A stretch of 64,000 bases of DNA from the human T2T-CHM13v2.0 reference genome, Homo sapiens, in NCBI RefSeq assembly GCF_009914755.1, contig NC_060931.1. One strand, 5' to 3'. The notes beneath the pieces were generated by a model. It worked only from the letters and a program-made list of their open reading frames with translations. It was not told the DNA's origin and searched no databases. Positions 15,301-29,047 of the stretch are shown here, piece after piece. The position numbers were made by a program, and so were the translations under genes. Position 1 is the first letter of the stretch; every line of letters begins with the position of its first letter.

Positions 15301-15459
15301 CTGATATTCAGCAATGAGTATACCCAGGCAGAAAACCAGAATTGGCACCTGAAACACTTCTGCTGCTTTGACTGTGATAGCATTCTAGCTGGGGAGATAT
15401 ACGTGATGGTCAATGACAAGCCCGTGTGCAAGCCCTGCTATGTGAAGAATCACGCTGTG
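15301..15459 (+). CDS. TES: TES coding exon 6 (159 bp; rest of LIM2, LIFSNEY...KNHAV)
   Basis: TTCTTCCTAG|CTG acceptor and GTG|GTGAGA donor. Ligands HLKH, CFDC, CKPC. Confidence 0.97.
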
Positions 15460-15698
15460 GTGAGAAGTGTTCTAAGGATATGGTTGCCTCAGCCTGCTTT
15501 AGGACTTGAGTTTATGCTTTTCTTAAAGCCTCTTACAAATGGGAAACAGAAAGCAGTCCTCCTAAGTAGAAAGCAAATTATTCCTACCACAGGGTGTTAA
15601 AATCAAGGCAATTCAAAAACAATACATGCATTGACTATGAGCCACCTCAAGATTTCTACTTGTGAAATTTACAATATCAATTATAGGTACTGCTTAAT

Positions 15699-15704
15699 AA
15701 TAAA
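15699..15704 (+). terminator. Candidate intronic polyadenylation signal (intron 6); second AATAAA at 15778-15783
   Basis: AATAAA 98 nt after the in-frame read-through stop at 15598-15600, followed by a GT/T-rich tract near 15740-15752. Confidence 0.4.
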
Positions 15705-16399
15705 ATCCTCACTTAAAAAAATTCTTAATGGGAATGAGATTGTTTTATTTTCATGGTTAGCAATCAGATTCCATTTCAATAAAGGTGTCTAGGGGCTATT
15801 GATATTCTTTAGCTCTATTTGAATATGATGCTTTCTGTTTGTGTTATTGGACCACCCACTGGAATTTTGTTTTTGCTACCTGGAGATTGTAAGATACCTA
15901 TTTCTTAAACCCTCATTGAATTGATTTAGCATAACAAAACTTGGCCTGCGTATTTAGATTTTTGTGTGGGCCAAACATTCCAATGTGAAAGTATATTTTT
16001 TCTTGCATTTACTCTGCTTACACAGAGCTGCTGTTGTATAATGGCCAAGTGATGGTAATGTAGATAAAGGGTAAAAAGTTGACCATAGATGGTAAAGTGT
16101 ATAATCCAGGAGTATCCAAATAGACATTTACTTCTTTATATGCAGCAAAACACATATGTGTTAATGGTCCCCTGAGCTATCAAGTAAAAGGGACTCCTGG
16201 CTAAGGAATGAAATTACATATGGTTTATATAGTTATATATAGTTATAAGAGTGTGGTACTGTGAAGATAAGGTAACAAGTTTTTATGTCAATGCCAATTT
16301 TCAGCGTTCACCCATTGCCCCAGATACAGTTATTCATTCTCTATCAACTGTGCCTCACCAATATATTTCACATTCTTATAATTACAACCATTCTACTTT

Positions 16400-16980
16400 A
16401 GACCTTTTTTTTTGTTGTTATTTTGACTATTGCAGTGGCCTCAAATTTCGTTCCTCCACTTTCATTCATCTTGCTCAAAAGCTACCCACCATAATGATGG
16501 AAAATTATCTTCCTAAAATGCAAATTATTAAACTTTTGATAGATCTGGCCCCTTCTTGCCTCTCCTGTCCCTTCTACTAGTTATCCAACGCAAATCATAC
16601 ATTTCCACACGTTCACCATCATTTTCTAGTTTACACACTGTTGTCTTTTGCTTACTCCTAATAGTTTTTCTAATACACCGTACTTTTCCCTGTTTTACCT
16701 GACTGTACCTACACATTTATTCCTTTAGATTCAGTTTAGGTTTAACTTTTTTTCGGAACACCTTTCCTGATTCACTATGCCCAAACTCCACCATTTCCTC
16801 CAGACTCTCCATGTTCCCAATGGTGTGTGTGTGGGTGGGTGTGTGGGGGTGTGTGTGTGTGTGAATATCATTCATCTGTCTCCTTCACTAGACTGTAAGC
16901 AGCTGGAGGGTAGAGCTTGCCTTATATCTTGCTTTCTATATCTTCAGTGTCAGCACTTAGAAAATGTTTGAGTGACTGAC
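16400..16980 (+). mobile_element. L2 fragment with embedded TG-rich repeat
   Basis: ctagactgtaagcagctggagggtagag...gtttgagtgactgac resembles the L2 3' end. Confidence 0.55.
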
Positions 16981-17414
16981 TCGTGTTCTTAATATTTCTC
17001 GCTTTGGGGTTACCATGGTCATTCCTTTACCTAGGGAACAAGACGTCAAATCACCATGTAACCTGATACATTATTTAGCTAAAAACTGCTTCAATGAATA
17101 TTGTTGCAACAGTTTTTCTACAGACTAAAGGTATTATAATGTATACCTTTTTTTTTGCTGCTGTCTGACCTTTAGTCTCAAGGACTAGAATGTAACTCCA
17201 TCAGGGCAGGGATTTTTTTATCTGCCTTTTCTATTCTGTTCCCAACACTAGGACAACATAGGTGCTCAATAAAAATTTATTGAAACAGATGAAACTGCTT
17301 TTTTTTCTTTTTTTAGCTGTTACAAGCTTCTCTGTATTACATTGTTTCTAATCAATGGCAGGGTATAACCACAGATATGATTTGTTTAAATAAAAGAATT
17401 TTCAAATTATTTAG

Positions 17415-17885
<471 letters not shown>

Positions 17886-18754
17886 CTAACAGCAAAGAGA
17901 GCTACCCACACAGCATGCTACATTATATAAAATTTGGAGAAGGTTATCTAGTTCAGGGCATTGATCTGCTTAGATCTTTTCATCTTAAAGAGAGAAAATA
18001 CAAATTATTTTTAGACCTGAAATCAAGTGCTCAACTCCAAACAACATTTCTGAGAAAAAAAAAAAAAAGTACCTGGAAGGAAAAAACATGGCAGATGCAC
18101 CTACTTTGTCTCTGTGTAGTCACTAGAACTCCATAGTTACCCCCAGAATTCACATCCGTCAGATTCATAGGACACTCCTGCAGAGAGCTCATTACAACAG
18201 GTGTCATTAGCTCTTTTACATCCTGTGTACAAATAAGAAGAGGGATTGAAGGAAATAAGAATTCTTTGAAATATTAAAGGTTTAGGAACATGGGAAGATC
18301 AAATGGCAGGCAGGAAGTGGTGAAGCACATCATCTCCCTGAAGGGTTCTGCAGTCCCCAGGCCCTTGGCGCAGCCTGGGCCAATTTTAGATTTTTGAGGA
18401 ATTAGGGAACAGTAGATTCGACCTGTGATTACATGTCAGATTTTGAATGAATGGTAATCAAATTATTAGTAAAATGAAATTTTATGAAACCCCAGACTTT
18501 AATTCTCTATACCATTTATGTGTACTAATTATCTTTTTGCTTAATTTTCTTAATTTCATGTGTAATTGAACATTAGTTATCTCTTTTTTGTAAATTGCAA
18601 CTGAAAATGTGTGTTTTGGGTAATTTTAAAAAATCACAGGTCTGAGAAAAAGAAGATAGATCATGGTCTGAAAGCAAGGGAATAAAACACACGGTGTATT
18701 TTACAAGAACACATTCAAAATACATAAACAAGAAATATTGAAAGACTGTTCTTA

Positions 18755-18896
18755 TCACAAGGAAATCATAAATGTTTAAGGAGAGGGATATCCTAATTAC
18801 CCTGATTTGATCACTACACTATGTATACATGTATTGAAACATCACATAGTACACCCATAAATATGTACAATTATGTGTTGATCATAAATTTTAAAA
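18755..18896 (+). mobile_element. L1MA 3' end fragment
   Basis: taattaccctgatttgatcactacac...cccataaatatgtacaattatg. Confidence 0.75.
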
Positions 18897-20280
18897 TGGA
18901 AAGATTAATATGAAATGCAGAAAATAAGACATTCTAAATGCATAATAAAGCTATAAAAATATATACAAAAAGCAGTTGCTTGCATGGTGCAGCTGCACAT
19001 TAGAAATGTGCTTGTAATTGAAACGTTCATTTTTATAGTATTCAGGAATAGTGTGTTGATCAAAGAATTTTCATTGTATCTCAGGGAAGACTGGGTTGAC
19101 CTAACTTATAGATTACAGAGCTATAATCTCTGTAATCAGAAGCAATGTAACAAAAATATGCAGGTCTGAAATGGACATATATAACCAGGCCTCACTTCAC
19201 TGCCTAAACCAATTACCCAGTGAGTAGCAGCCACATTTTGAAGTCTTTTCAAGTAAGGAGGCTCAAGCTGAATGACCTCCACTCACCTGTTCCCACCCCT
19301 TATCCCTCAGTAATTCCTGACAATCACATTACGAGACCAAGGGTGCTTAAGATTAGTCACTGTGATACCAGACAGTCTTGCTGGCTTCTTCACTTGTTAT
19401 GAAATATTTAAAACAAAAACTTTAAGACAGCCATATTCATTCAGAACATGTATAAACTATAAGGCATGGACTATCCAGTGTTTCAGAGGTCCGAACTGGT
19501 TTTCTGTTTTCTGCTATAACATAGGTTATTTATTCATTTTCCTCATGTGCATGTTTGAATAAGAAGAAAATTTTGTGGTGTAAATGTATGTATGTTTGTG
19601 TATGTATATACATGTTTGTATGTCATGTATATATACATAACACATACTGAATGGTACAGGGATTGTAAGTATTAATGTTCTACAATATTAGATTACACAT
19701 AAATTATGACTGATCTTATGACAGAATAGAAGCCAATTAACTACAAGTTATATTTTTAGTGCAAATTCATTTTTCTCAAACACTGTCAGTATTTTTAATT
19801 GAGTCCTTAATTACTTTGAACATGATTTTAATTTACTACTGTCTAGAAATTAGTGGTGTTAATAATCTCATGTGTCATAGGTAAGACAGGTAAAATTACC
19901 ACTTCAAAGCTTTAATGAACAAGGAAAAATCATAAACTTCTGTGTAATTACAAATGTGCAATCTAATAAAATACATCAGAACTAAGCACACTGCTTTGGA
20001 ACTTCCCATCAAGACTTTCTGCCTTGAATGCCATGAAGTTATCTTACATGCATCAAATCACCTGTTTGGCCTTCACTCGTTATTTCTCAGGCTGCTCAGA
20101 ATATTGACCTCCATTAACAGTTGGCCAAAAAGGTTAGCTAGAAGGCCACCCTCCATTGTGTATTTCTGAGGTTGTCATTATGAGTTTTAATTTATCATCT
20201 AAAGAAATATGTCCTAAGATGAAAATGTTACCATTACAGCTTGATCTCTCACCCTCTTCTCTTGTATTATTTCTTAATAG

Positions 20281-20469
20281 GTGTGTCAAGGATGCCACAA
20301 TGCCATCGACCCAGAAGTGCAGCGGGTGACCTATAACAATTTCAGCTGGCATGCATCCACAGAGTGCTTTCTGTGCTCTTGCTGCAGCAAATGCCTCATT
20401 GGGCAGAAGTTCATGCCAGTAGAAGGGATGGTTTTCTGTTCAGTGGAATGTAAGAAGAGGATGTCTTAG
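20281..20469 (+). CDS. TES: TES last coding exon 7 (LIM3, VCQGCH...VECKKRMS*)
   Basis: TTCTTAATAG|GTG acceptor and TAG stop at 20467-20469. The exon lengths fit the 421-aa testin when exons 1-2 (outside the window) are added. Confidence 0.97.
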   Translation: MCQGCHNAIDPEVQRVTYNNFSWHASTECFLCSCCSKCLIGQKFMPVEGMVFCSVECKKRMS

Positions 20470-20547
20470 GAGGAGGGCACCCAGAAGTATCGAGCCATAG
20501 CTATCCAAAGTGGTCTGCATTTCTACTGTAAAATGCAATTTGAAAAA

Positions 20548-20553
20548 AATAAA
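20548..20553 (+). terminator. Candidate proximal polyadenylation signal AATAAA
   Basis: Canonical hexamer ~80 nt after the stop, with upstream TGTA and a downstream T-rich tract at 20588-20635. Confidence 0.45.
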
Positions 20554-21169
20554 ACGCAAAAAAAGAAACTGTAAAGGAAACCAAGAGATTTTGTTTAATT
20601 TTTTTGGCCATTTTTTCTTCATCAATTTTTTTTCGGTCTCAACTTTTAAACTTGGTTTAAGCATTTGATTTGTAAAACAGTAAATAATTGTATCTTTCCA
20701 TAGCTTTTCAAATGTGAAATCATTTTTGGAAGCTTGGATCTCATTAAACTTCATGTCTCTATTCCATTTGTGCCACACACTTAAAAGTTAGTGTACTGAA
20801 TGGAAAGATGAGCATTCCTAGTTCTACACTTCTTTTTTCCCCCTCATGTGTAAAATGAAAAGAAAACTAAATTTGCCCTAATACCAAGGCGCTACGTTTA
20901 TTGCCTCGTCTTATTCACTGACCTTTGTAATGATACACAGTGAATTCTTTTTGACAAAGAGAAATGCAGTGTAGTATGCAGAGCTGCTGTTTTAATGCCT
21001 ATGCATTTACTCTTTCCTGATTTAGGCAGAGGTGGCATTTTCTTTATTGCATTTCTCTATTTTTTTAATGTACCCTACCTTCAGTATTCTCTTTGTAAGT
21101 TGGTGACTTGCATCTGTGGCCTTGAATATTTTATTATCACATGTGGCATAACAGTATCCACACTTTTTA

Positions 21170-21398
21170 GTTCTTTATTTTTTTTTTTTTATTTTGAGCA
21201 ATTCTCCTGCCTCAGCCTCCCAAATAGCTGGGATTACAGGTGCATGCCACCACACCCAGCTAATTTTTGTATTTTTAGTAGAGACAGGTTTTCACCATGT
21301 TAGCCAGGCTGGTCTCAAACTCCTGACCTCAGATGATCCGCCTGCCTTGGCCTCCCAAAGTGCTGGGATTACAGGTGTGGGAGCCACCATGCCTGACC
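21170..21398 (-). mobile_element. AluS in TES 3' UTR with ~80-nt internal deletion; TSD CACACTTTTTA at 21159-21169 and 21401-21411
   Basis: Poly-T, then ttgag joined directly to caattctcctgcctcagcc. The left arm is intact. Confidence 0.92.
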
Positions 21399-21748
21399 CA
21401 CACACTTTTTACTTGTATAGATGATTTTTGGCTTGGACATAAAAGCCAAGCCACCCATTTGCTTTTAATCCAAAGAACATGTATAGTTTTTGTACCCAGA
21501 GACTATGATTTATATTGATTGCACTTGCCTGCCATGATTTAGATAAGATTTTTTTTGCATGGTTTTTATTCTTTCCTAATGGATCCTGTTTTATAATACT
21601 TCCAAGCCTGTCCATGGATATATCAAATGTCTTCACTTGTATATTTTCATGGCTAGGTATTTCTAATGTTTATTCTTCCCTGTGTACTTCTACACATAGC
21701 TATGCACTATGAAAATTAAATGGAATGAATGATATGTATATTACTCAA

Positions 21749-21754
21749 AATAAA
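21749..21754 (+). terminator. Distal polyadenylation signal AATAAA of TES
   Basis: Canonical hexamer with upstream TGTA and a downstream T-rich tract (21775-21805). Confidence 0.8.
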
Positions 21755-23779
21755 GTTTCTTTCACTTTAATAATCATTGTATCTTTTTATTCATATCCTT
21801 TTTTGAGTGAAAAATGCTTCTGCAACTAAGCATGTGTTACAGCAGGGGGCGATGTCTCCAAGGATAAAAATTACCCAAACGAAAATAAAAGTCTGCCTCT
21901 GACAGGACAGCACAGAATCTAGATGTTTCATTATGGAGAAAAGATAAGGTTTATGAAACTTTCAAATCAGGACTTTTAAGTTTGGTCATGCAAGAGTTTT
22001 TTTCTTTTTCAAAGAAAGGGAAAGTAATTTTAATTAAAATTTGGGAGAGCTTATTTTCTATTCAGTTGGATCTAACAAGCCTTTTATACTTGGGTTTCAA
22101 CTCTGGTTTCTTTATATGTAAAAAATATTAAAAGAAGAATTTTTTCATGGAAACTTATCGTGAGACAGAAAGCAAATGGGGAATAGTGGTAGACTCATGC
22201 TTCCTAATGTTAGCAGGCCATAATACTTTCTCCCTCAGTCTACAATTATTTCTGTCATAGTGGGAGTTGCAGTTTTCTCTGATACATACCCAGAATAACT
22301 TGACTTTTTTTTTTTTTCCAGCTCCTGTTTGGCCAATAGTACTTCCCTTTACATTCCACCTCTCCACTCCCCACCACCACACACACATGCACATGTGCAT
22401 ACCAAGCATACAAATTTACTCCTTCTGCACTATGCCTTCAACCATGCAAAAGTAACTTTTGGAGCTTGGATACGTGTCACCTTATCTAAAGTAATCTAAT
22501 TCTGCATATAATTTTAGAAGCTAATATCACAAGTATCATTACTGTCTATAAAGATCGCTTTATGGTTGCTCATATCTTTATCTTAAATGGCAACAAATAT
22601 ATTTTCCACAGCATATTGTCCACAAAGTTGTACAACTTAACTTTTCCCAGACATGGCTAAGTGAGAATAAACTGAAACAGAACCCATCTGCTACTAACAC
22701 GGCCAATCCCTTAGGAAATCTGGGTTGCTCTTGAGACATACTAGCCTTCATATTTGTTGCATGGTACCTACATATCTCCCTTTCCTCCTTCCTTTTTTTT
22801 TTTTTTTTTTTTTTTGAGGTGGGGGGGGCGGCAAATGAGTTAGGGATTATTCTTTCTTTTCATTGACTAGCTGAAACTTCTATTACTGAAGTCTTCAAGC
22901 ATAGATTTCCAAATTTGACTTTGAAGTATTTCAGCCCAATTTCACCAAAGGCAAGGGATTCATCACTGATTCATTCTCAAGGAATTTCCAACACATAGCG
23001 TTTAAGCTTATACAACTTCACCGTAGTTACCAAAGAGACACCAACACCCAAGATCAGTATTCAGCCTTTGTCTTGAGATGCCTTGGCATATCTGAACTTG
23101 TCTTCTGGGTATTCACTTAATTCTTTGGAAAACTTGGGTTTCCGTCAATGTCTCTATAAAAAGGCACTTTGCCACAATTTCTCACTCATCTGCCCCTTCT
23201 TGACCTCTGCTGATTTAAATGCTTGCCGACAACTTTGATGACTGTAATGAATGCCCACATGTATGCAAAGGACCCACTGTGCTGGTTTATGTGTATGTGC
23301 TTTGACCACACAAAACACATTCTGGCTCGATTAATAGATTAATAGGATCTTTTTTCATATATTTAGTTGATGCTTAAATAGCTTTGGCTAATTATTTTGT
23401 TCTTTCACAGAGAACTTGTCATTGTAGCTTTTATTTGATCTGATAATACAACTTGAAGCACTCAAAATAAGATGCCATTAACTTTTTATACTTGTTTTGA
23501 ATGGCATCTTATGATGACATTTACGAAGGCTGCTATCAATTTTTTTTCAGTGATACTCCTCACCAGGGTATCTTGCCCCTCAGCCAATAATAAAACCAAC
23601 TTGTATCCTGTTATCTTTACGAGAGTCAGACATTAGTGAATACAGAGACTAATATTACAGTTGATTTCTCCATAAATATTGATGGACTGTGAAGACATCA
23701 TGGTATATAGTTCCAGGGAGAGCTGGATTTAGGAATCTAGACAAGACACTTTTTGCCACATCCCATTGATTCTCCTCCT

Positions 23780-24350
23780 CTCCCATTACAGTAGGATGGA
23801 GGACAACATTGTTGGATTTGAAGAGTAAGAAATACCGGGCCCAAGTGTTGAATGGATATAATGTATTGAAGTCATCAAGAATAACCACAGGGAAAATGGT
23901 GGAGAGAAGAGTAAGCCAGAGCTAAAGTTATAAAAGTATGTGGAGAAGTATTGTGGCATCTGATAGAAGATGGAAACTCAGGGTGGAGATGGGTGGTAAA
24001 GTCTAAGGCCATGTGCTACACCTCAAAGAGCTGTGATTGTTAGGAAACAAACAGCCTTTAATGGGAAAAACAGTAGACGGTGAAGAAGACACCTACCCCA
24101 CAGGGATTGTGCCAGACACTACTTGAAATACTACAGAAGAAATAGGCTTTGGGGATAACTAGGTGTCAGTTGGAGAAGATGATGAGGAGTTTGAGAGTAC
24201 AAAGGAGTCTGCAGTTCACAGAAGTTGGATGTCAGTGGGTACAGAGATAAGAGTATAGGAGGAGATAGGGCCAGATTCGAAGTACAAAGCAGAATGGGTA
24301 TCAGGTTTCCAGTAAGGCTGAAAAATCTAGAGGCCAGGGGTAATAAACAG
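23780..24350 (-). mobile_element. L2 ORF2 endonuclease-region fossil (right boundary uncertain)
   Basis: Track ORF 23655..23888(-) begins VILDDFN...NTWARYF...SNNVVLHPT, resembling the APE ILGDFN motif and the following L2 sequence. Confidence 0.55.
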
Positions 24351-24401
24351 GGTCGAGAGGCAGGCTAAGGTTAGTTCTGGTAGTTTCCTAGGGAAAAGTG
24401 G

Positions 24402-24840
24402 GTTATCAGGGATGCTTTTGGCTGTAAGTAACTAAAAAACTAAGAGTGGTTTTAAGACAAGATAGAGGCTAACCCAAATTTGGCTCAGAACAAGTTTATT
24501 TTTATCTCTCTATTCTTCCACCCTCTATATGTTGTTGCCTTCTATTCTCATTTGTCCCTTCATTCAAGCAACACTCCCTCATATGACATCATCCAAAATA
24601 ATAAAGAAGAGAAATGGCAAAAGCGTATTTTACCTCTAGACAACGAAGAAGATCTTTCCCAGGGGCCCCCAGCTGATTCACCTGCCTTTCCACTTCATTG
24701 GCTACAAATATGTCACCTGCTCATCCTCATCAAAGGCAAAGGGAAACAGAGTTGCTATGGTTGACTTATCCAAGCACAATTCATACCATGAGGTCTGGGC
24801 ACATGCTGCCCAGAACAAAATTATTTTGCTAATGTATGAT
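24402..24840 (-). mobile_element. Old MLT1 (K/L-like) LTR
   Basis: tcagggatgcttttggctgtaagtaac...ttcattggctacaaatatgtcac. Confidence 0.45.
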
Positions 24841-25333
24841 TGTTTAGATTCAGCATTGTTTAGATAACTAAAAGGTATGTTTGTAAATAAGTATGAATCT
24901 AAAGTTTTGGGTTTCTGTTGACTTGTGAGATGAGTCAGGAACATCATTTGGGGAATACCTTTCTTAGGTAACATTTCACTTTTCATGGCCAGCAATGATG
25001 TGGAGTCAGGGCAGGAGACACTGACGTCCTTGTGGTTCTGGTTACTGGACTATGCTTCGCTTGCTCCTCCCAGCATCTCATTCTGTCTGATCCATTCTCA
25101 AAGCCACAGGTCACTGTTATATGTCTATCAAGCACCACCCCCACCTCTCTCTCAGAAGCGATGATGACTTATTCCTTGATGTTCCTATCACACTGACTTA
25201 TCTGGCCACTGAAACACTTATCTGAATCTGTCTATGCCTGCTTCTCCATTACTGTAACCAATACTTTGGCTGATAAACTTAGCATTTCTCACAAGGTATA
25301 CTGTAAGTTCCTATCAGTTCCCTTGTTCTAATT

Positions 25334-26730
<1,397 letters not shown>

Positions 26731-27470
26731 CCATTCTCTTTTCTTCTGCCAGAGTGCAATACAGAGAACATATTAGTATTCCCTTACTGAAAAATCTAAC
26801 AATGATTCAGCCTCTTTTCCCACCCTTTTCATGTATACACATGGTCATCTAGCCATAACTGAATGCTTGCAGTTTTTTGAAGTTAGTCGCTTCCTTCATA
26901 TCTCCATGACTTTGCAAAGATAGTTACCTCTAAGAAGCTGATCCATGACCCTTCCACACCCCCTCAAGCTTGAAGCCCATCTTTGTTCACATACATCTTG
27001 ACCTATGCTACTAGTTCACTGATATCATTGCCCTATTTAAGTGCAGAAATATAATTTTTTCATGTTTATTTCCTTAGAACCAAATATAGCACTTAACACA
27101 TGATATGTGCCCCAAAAATGGTAAATAACAAAATGAATTAAGTGGCATCTGAATAAGCCATAATAAATCAGGTAAGAGTTTTACTAATTGAGATGAAACT
27201 CATTTGGACAAGTTTCTAAAGGACAGAGCAAAAGAAGAAACATAGCTCAGTAACCGTAAGTATTTTTTTAATTAAAAAATCACTTGTGTTTTAAAAAATG
27301 ACAGTACAAGGATCCAATTACATAATCCTCAGCAACACTTCTTAAAATTCCCTCTTCTCTGCTACCTGCCTTTCTCGTGCCTCCAGCTGCTCTCTCCACA
27401 AGTCCCCCAAACCTAAATCCTCCCCAATTTCTTTTCTCTCACACTCTGCCATCTCCACTTCTCTCCATTG

Positions 27471-27620
27471 CTTCATTCATTCATTCATTCATTCATTCGC
27501 TTAATCAAACAATATTTATTATCTGCTATGTGTCAGGAATGGTTGCAGGCACTGGGACCAATGATGTGAACAAGATAAACAAGATCCCTGCTCTTGTGGT
27601 GTTTTACATTCAAGAGAGAA
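27471..27620 (-). mobile_element. L2 3' end with (TTCA)n tail
   Basis: (ttca)6 followed by aatatttattatctgctatgtgtcagg...gtgaacaagata. Confidence 0.75.
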
Positions 27621-28785
27621 TAGGCCTGAAGTAAAGAATTCTAACAGAAAATGAAATGCTGGCCAAATGGGCATGGGGAGGGGAAGGCTCCAGAACAGAG
27701 GATATGTTAATAACAACAGAAGTCCAAGGCTATTAAAAATATTTCAGAAGGGCCTGCAATAATACCTAGAATGGAGATTCAAATTTTCTTCTCAGATTCT
27801 TAGCATTGCTCTTCACCTTGACATGTGAAAATTGGATTTCTCTTCAACAATCTGGAAGGATTGAGGAAAGGCTATGATCTTTCACATATGAATCATTTTT
27901 ACCTGCCTAAGAAATTACTATTAGATCTTAATACTAACAGAGCTTCACTCCCCAAATAAAAGTGTATAGTTCCTCCTTTCTGAAATTGAGAGTAATGTCA
28001 ATAACTGTATATTTTTTTCTTCATTTTGACTTCCAGGAAGCTTTGAGCAAAATCTGACCCTTCACTAACGTAGCAATTATGATTTAAATCTTTTTTCCAG
28101 ACAATGTTGTTGTATGAATTCTCATTTCAGCCTGCTTCAAATTCTTTGTGGAATTTGGCAGGGGGTCTTCTTGGTTAGGATTATTTATCTTTTCTAAGTA
28201 TCAAAAAACATTGATCATTATAAGGGTACAGCCAGGAGTATAGGAAGTAGCCTACAGATGGAACAGAAGCCAAGGCTGGGCAGCCACCAGGTCTTTTTCC
28301 CCTCCCTCCAAGTTCCTCCCTGAATATCTGCTTCTTTTTTCTTTCTCTGTAGGCACAGTCTCTCTGTTCCTTATCTGCATGATCAGTTAGTAAAGATGGG
28401 TGCCCTAAAATTTCTGAGTTCATAGATTACAAATGTTGTCACACTGAGAGACTGATGGGCTAACTCTTGGTTCTGATTCCAAATTCCCCAGGAAAAAAAA
28501 AAAAAAAACCTGATTGTCTTCAGTTGTTTTACAGATAGACAAACCAGTTTATGATCAGGGGACAGAGTCATGCAACCTAAGCAAAACAGTTAAAAATCTC
28601 ACCAAATGAAGTTTGAGAGGGGAACACAGTGGAAATAAGTGGGAGTGAATCAAGGAGTTTAGGGGGTCACTGTGAGTGGAAAGACACTCTTCTAGTTTAT
28701 TATTATAATTGTAAGTAGAGAGTTAGAAGGATAGCATGGCAGACACTGGCTAGATGATCTCTAAGCTTATTTCCAGTGAAACTAT

Positions 28786-29047
28786 ATTTCCCAGCATCCA
28801 CTGTAGTTGTGTGGATCTTTCTGATTGAGTTTTGGCCAAGAGATCAAGGAAAGAAGCAATGTAGTCTCCTTCAGGCTTTGCCATGACAACTCAGGGCAAG
28901 ATGGTGGAGCCAAGAGATAAAGCAGGATTTCTCCTTTGCAGTGTTGTGCATGGAAACATAACGTGGGCAAGAAATATGCATTTATTGGTTCAAGCCACTG
29001 ATACTGGGCTTGTTGGTCATAGGAGTTAACCTTCCCTAACTAGTACA
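28786..29047 (+). mobile_element. MLT1J-like LTR fragment
   Basis: tttcccagcatcc...gagttttggccaa...ttcaagccactga...cctaactagtaca. Confidence 0.55.

Larger units (their letters stand above)
20470..21772 (+). other. TES: TES 3' UTR (~1.3 kb, U-rich, contains an antisense Alu); end approximate
   Basis: Follows the stop codon and ends after ATTAAA (21715-21720) and AATAAA (21749-21754), with U-rich downstream sequence. Confidence 0.8.

Noticed and set aside
22793-22831. Poly-T followed by GAG and a G-run, resembling an antisense Alu start or G-quadruplex
   Set aside because: No Alu body or TSD follows, and there is only one long G-run.
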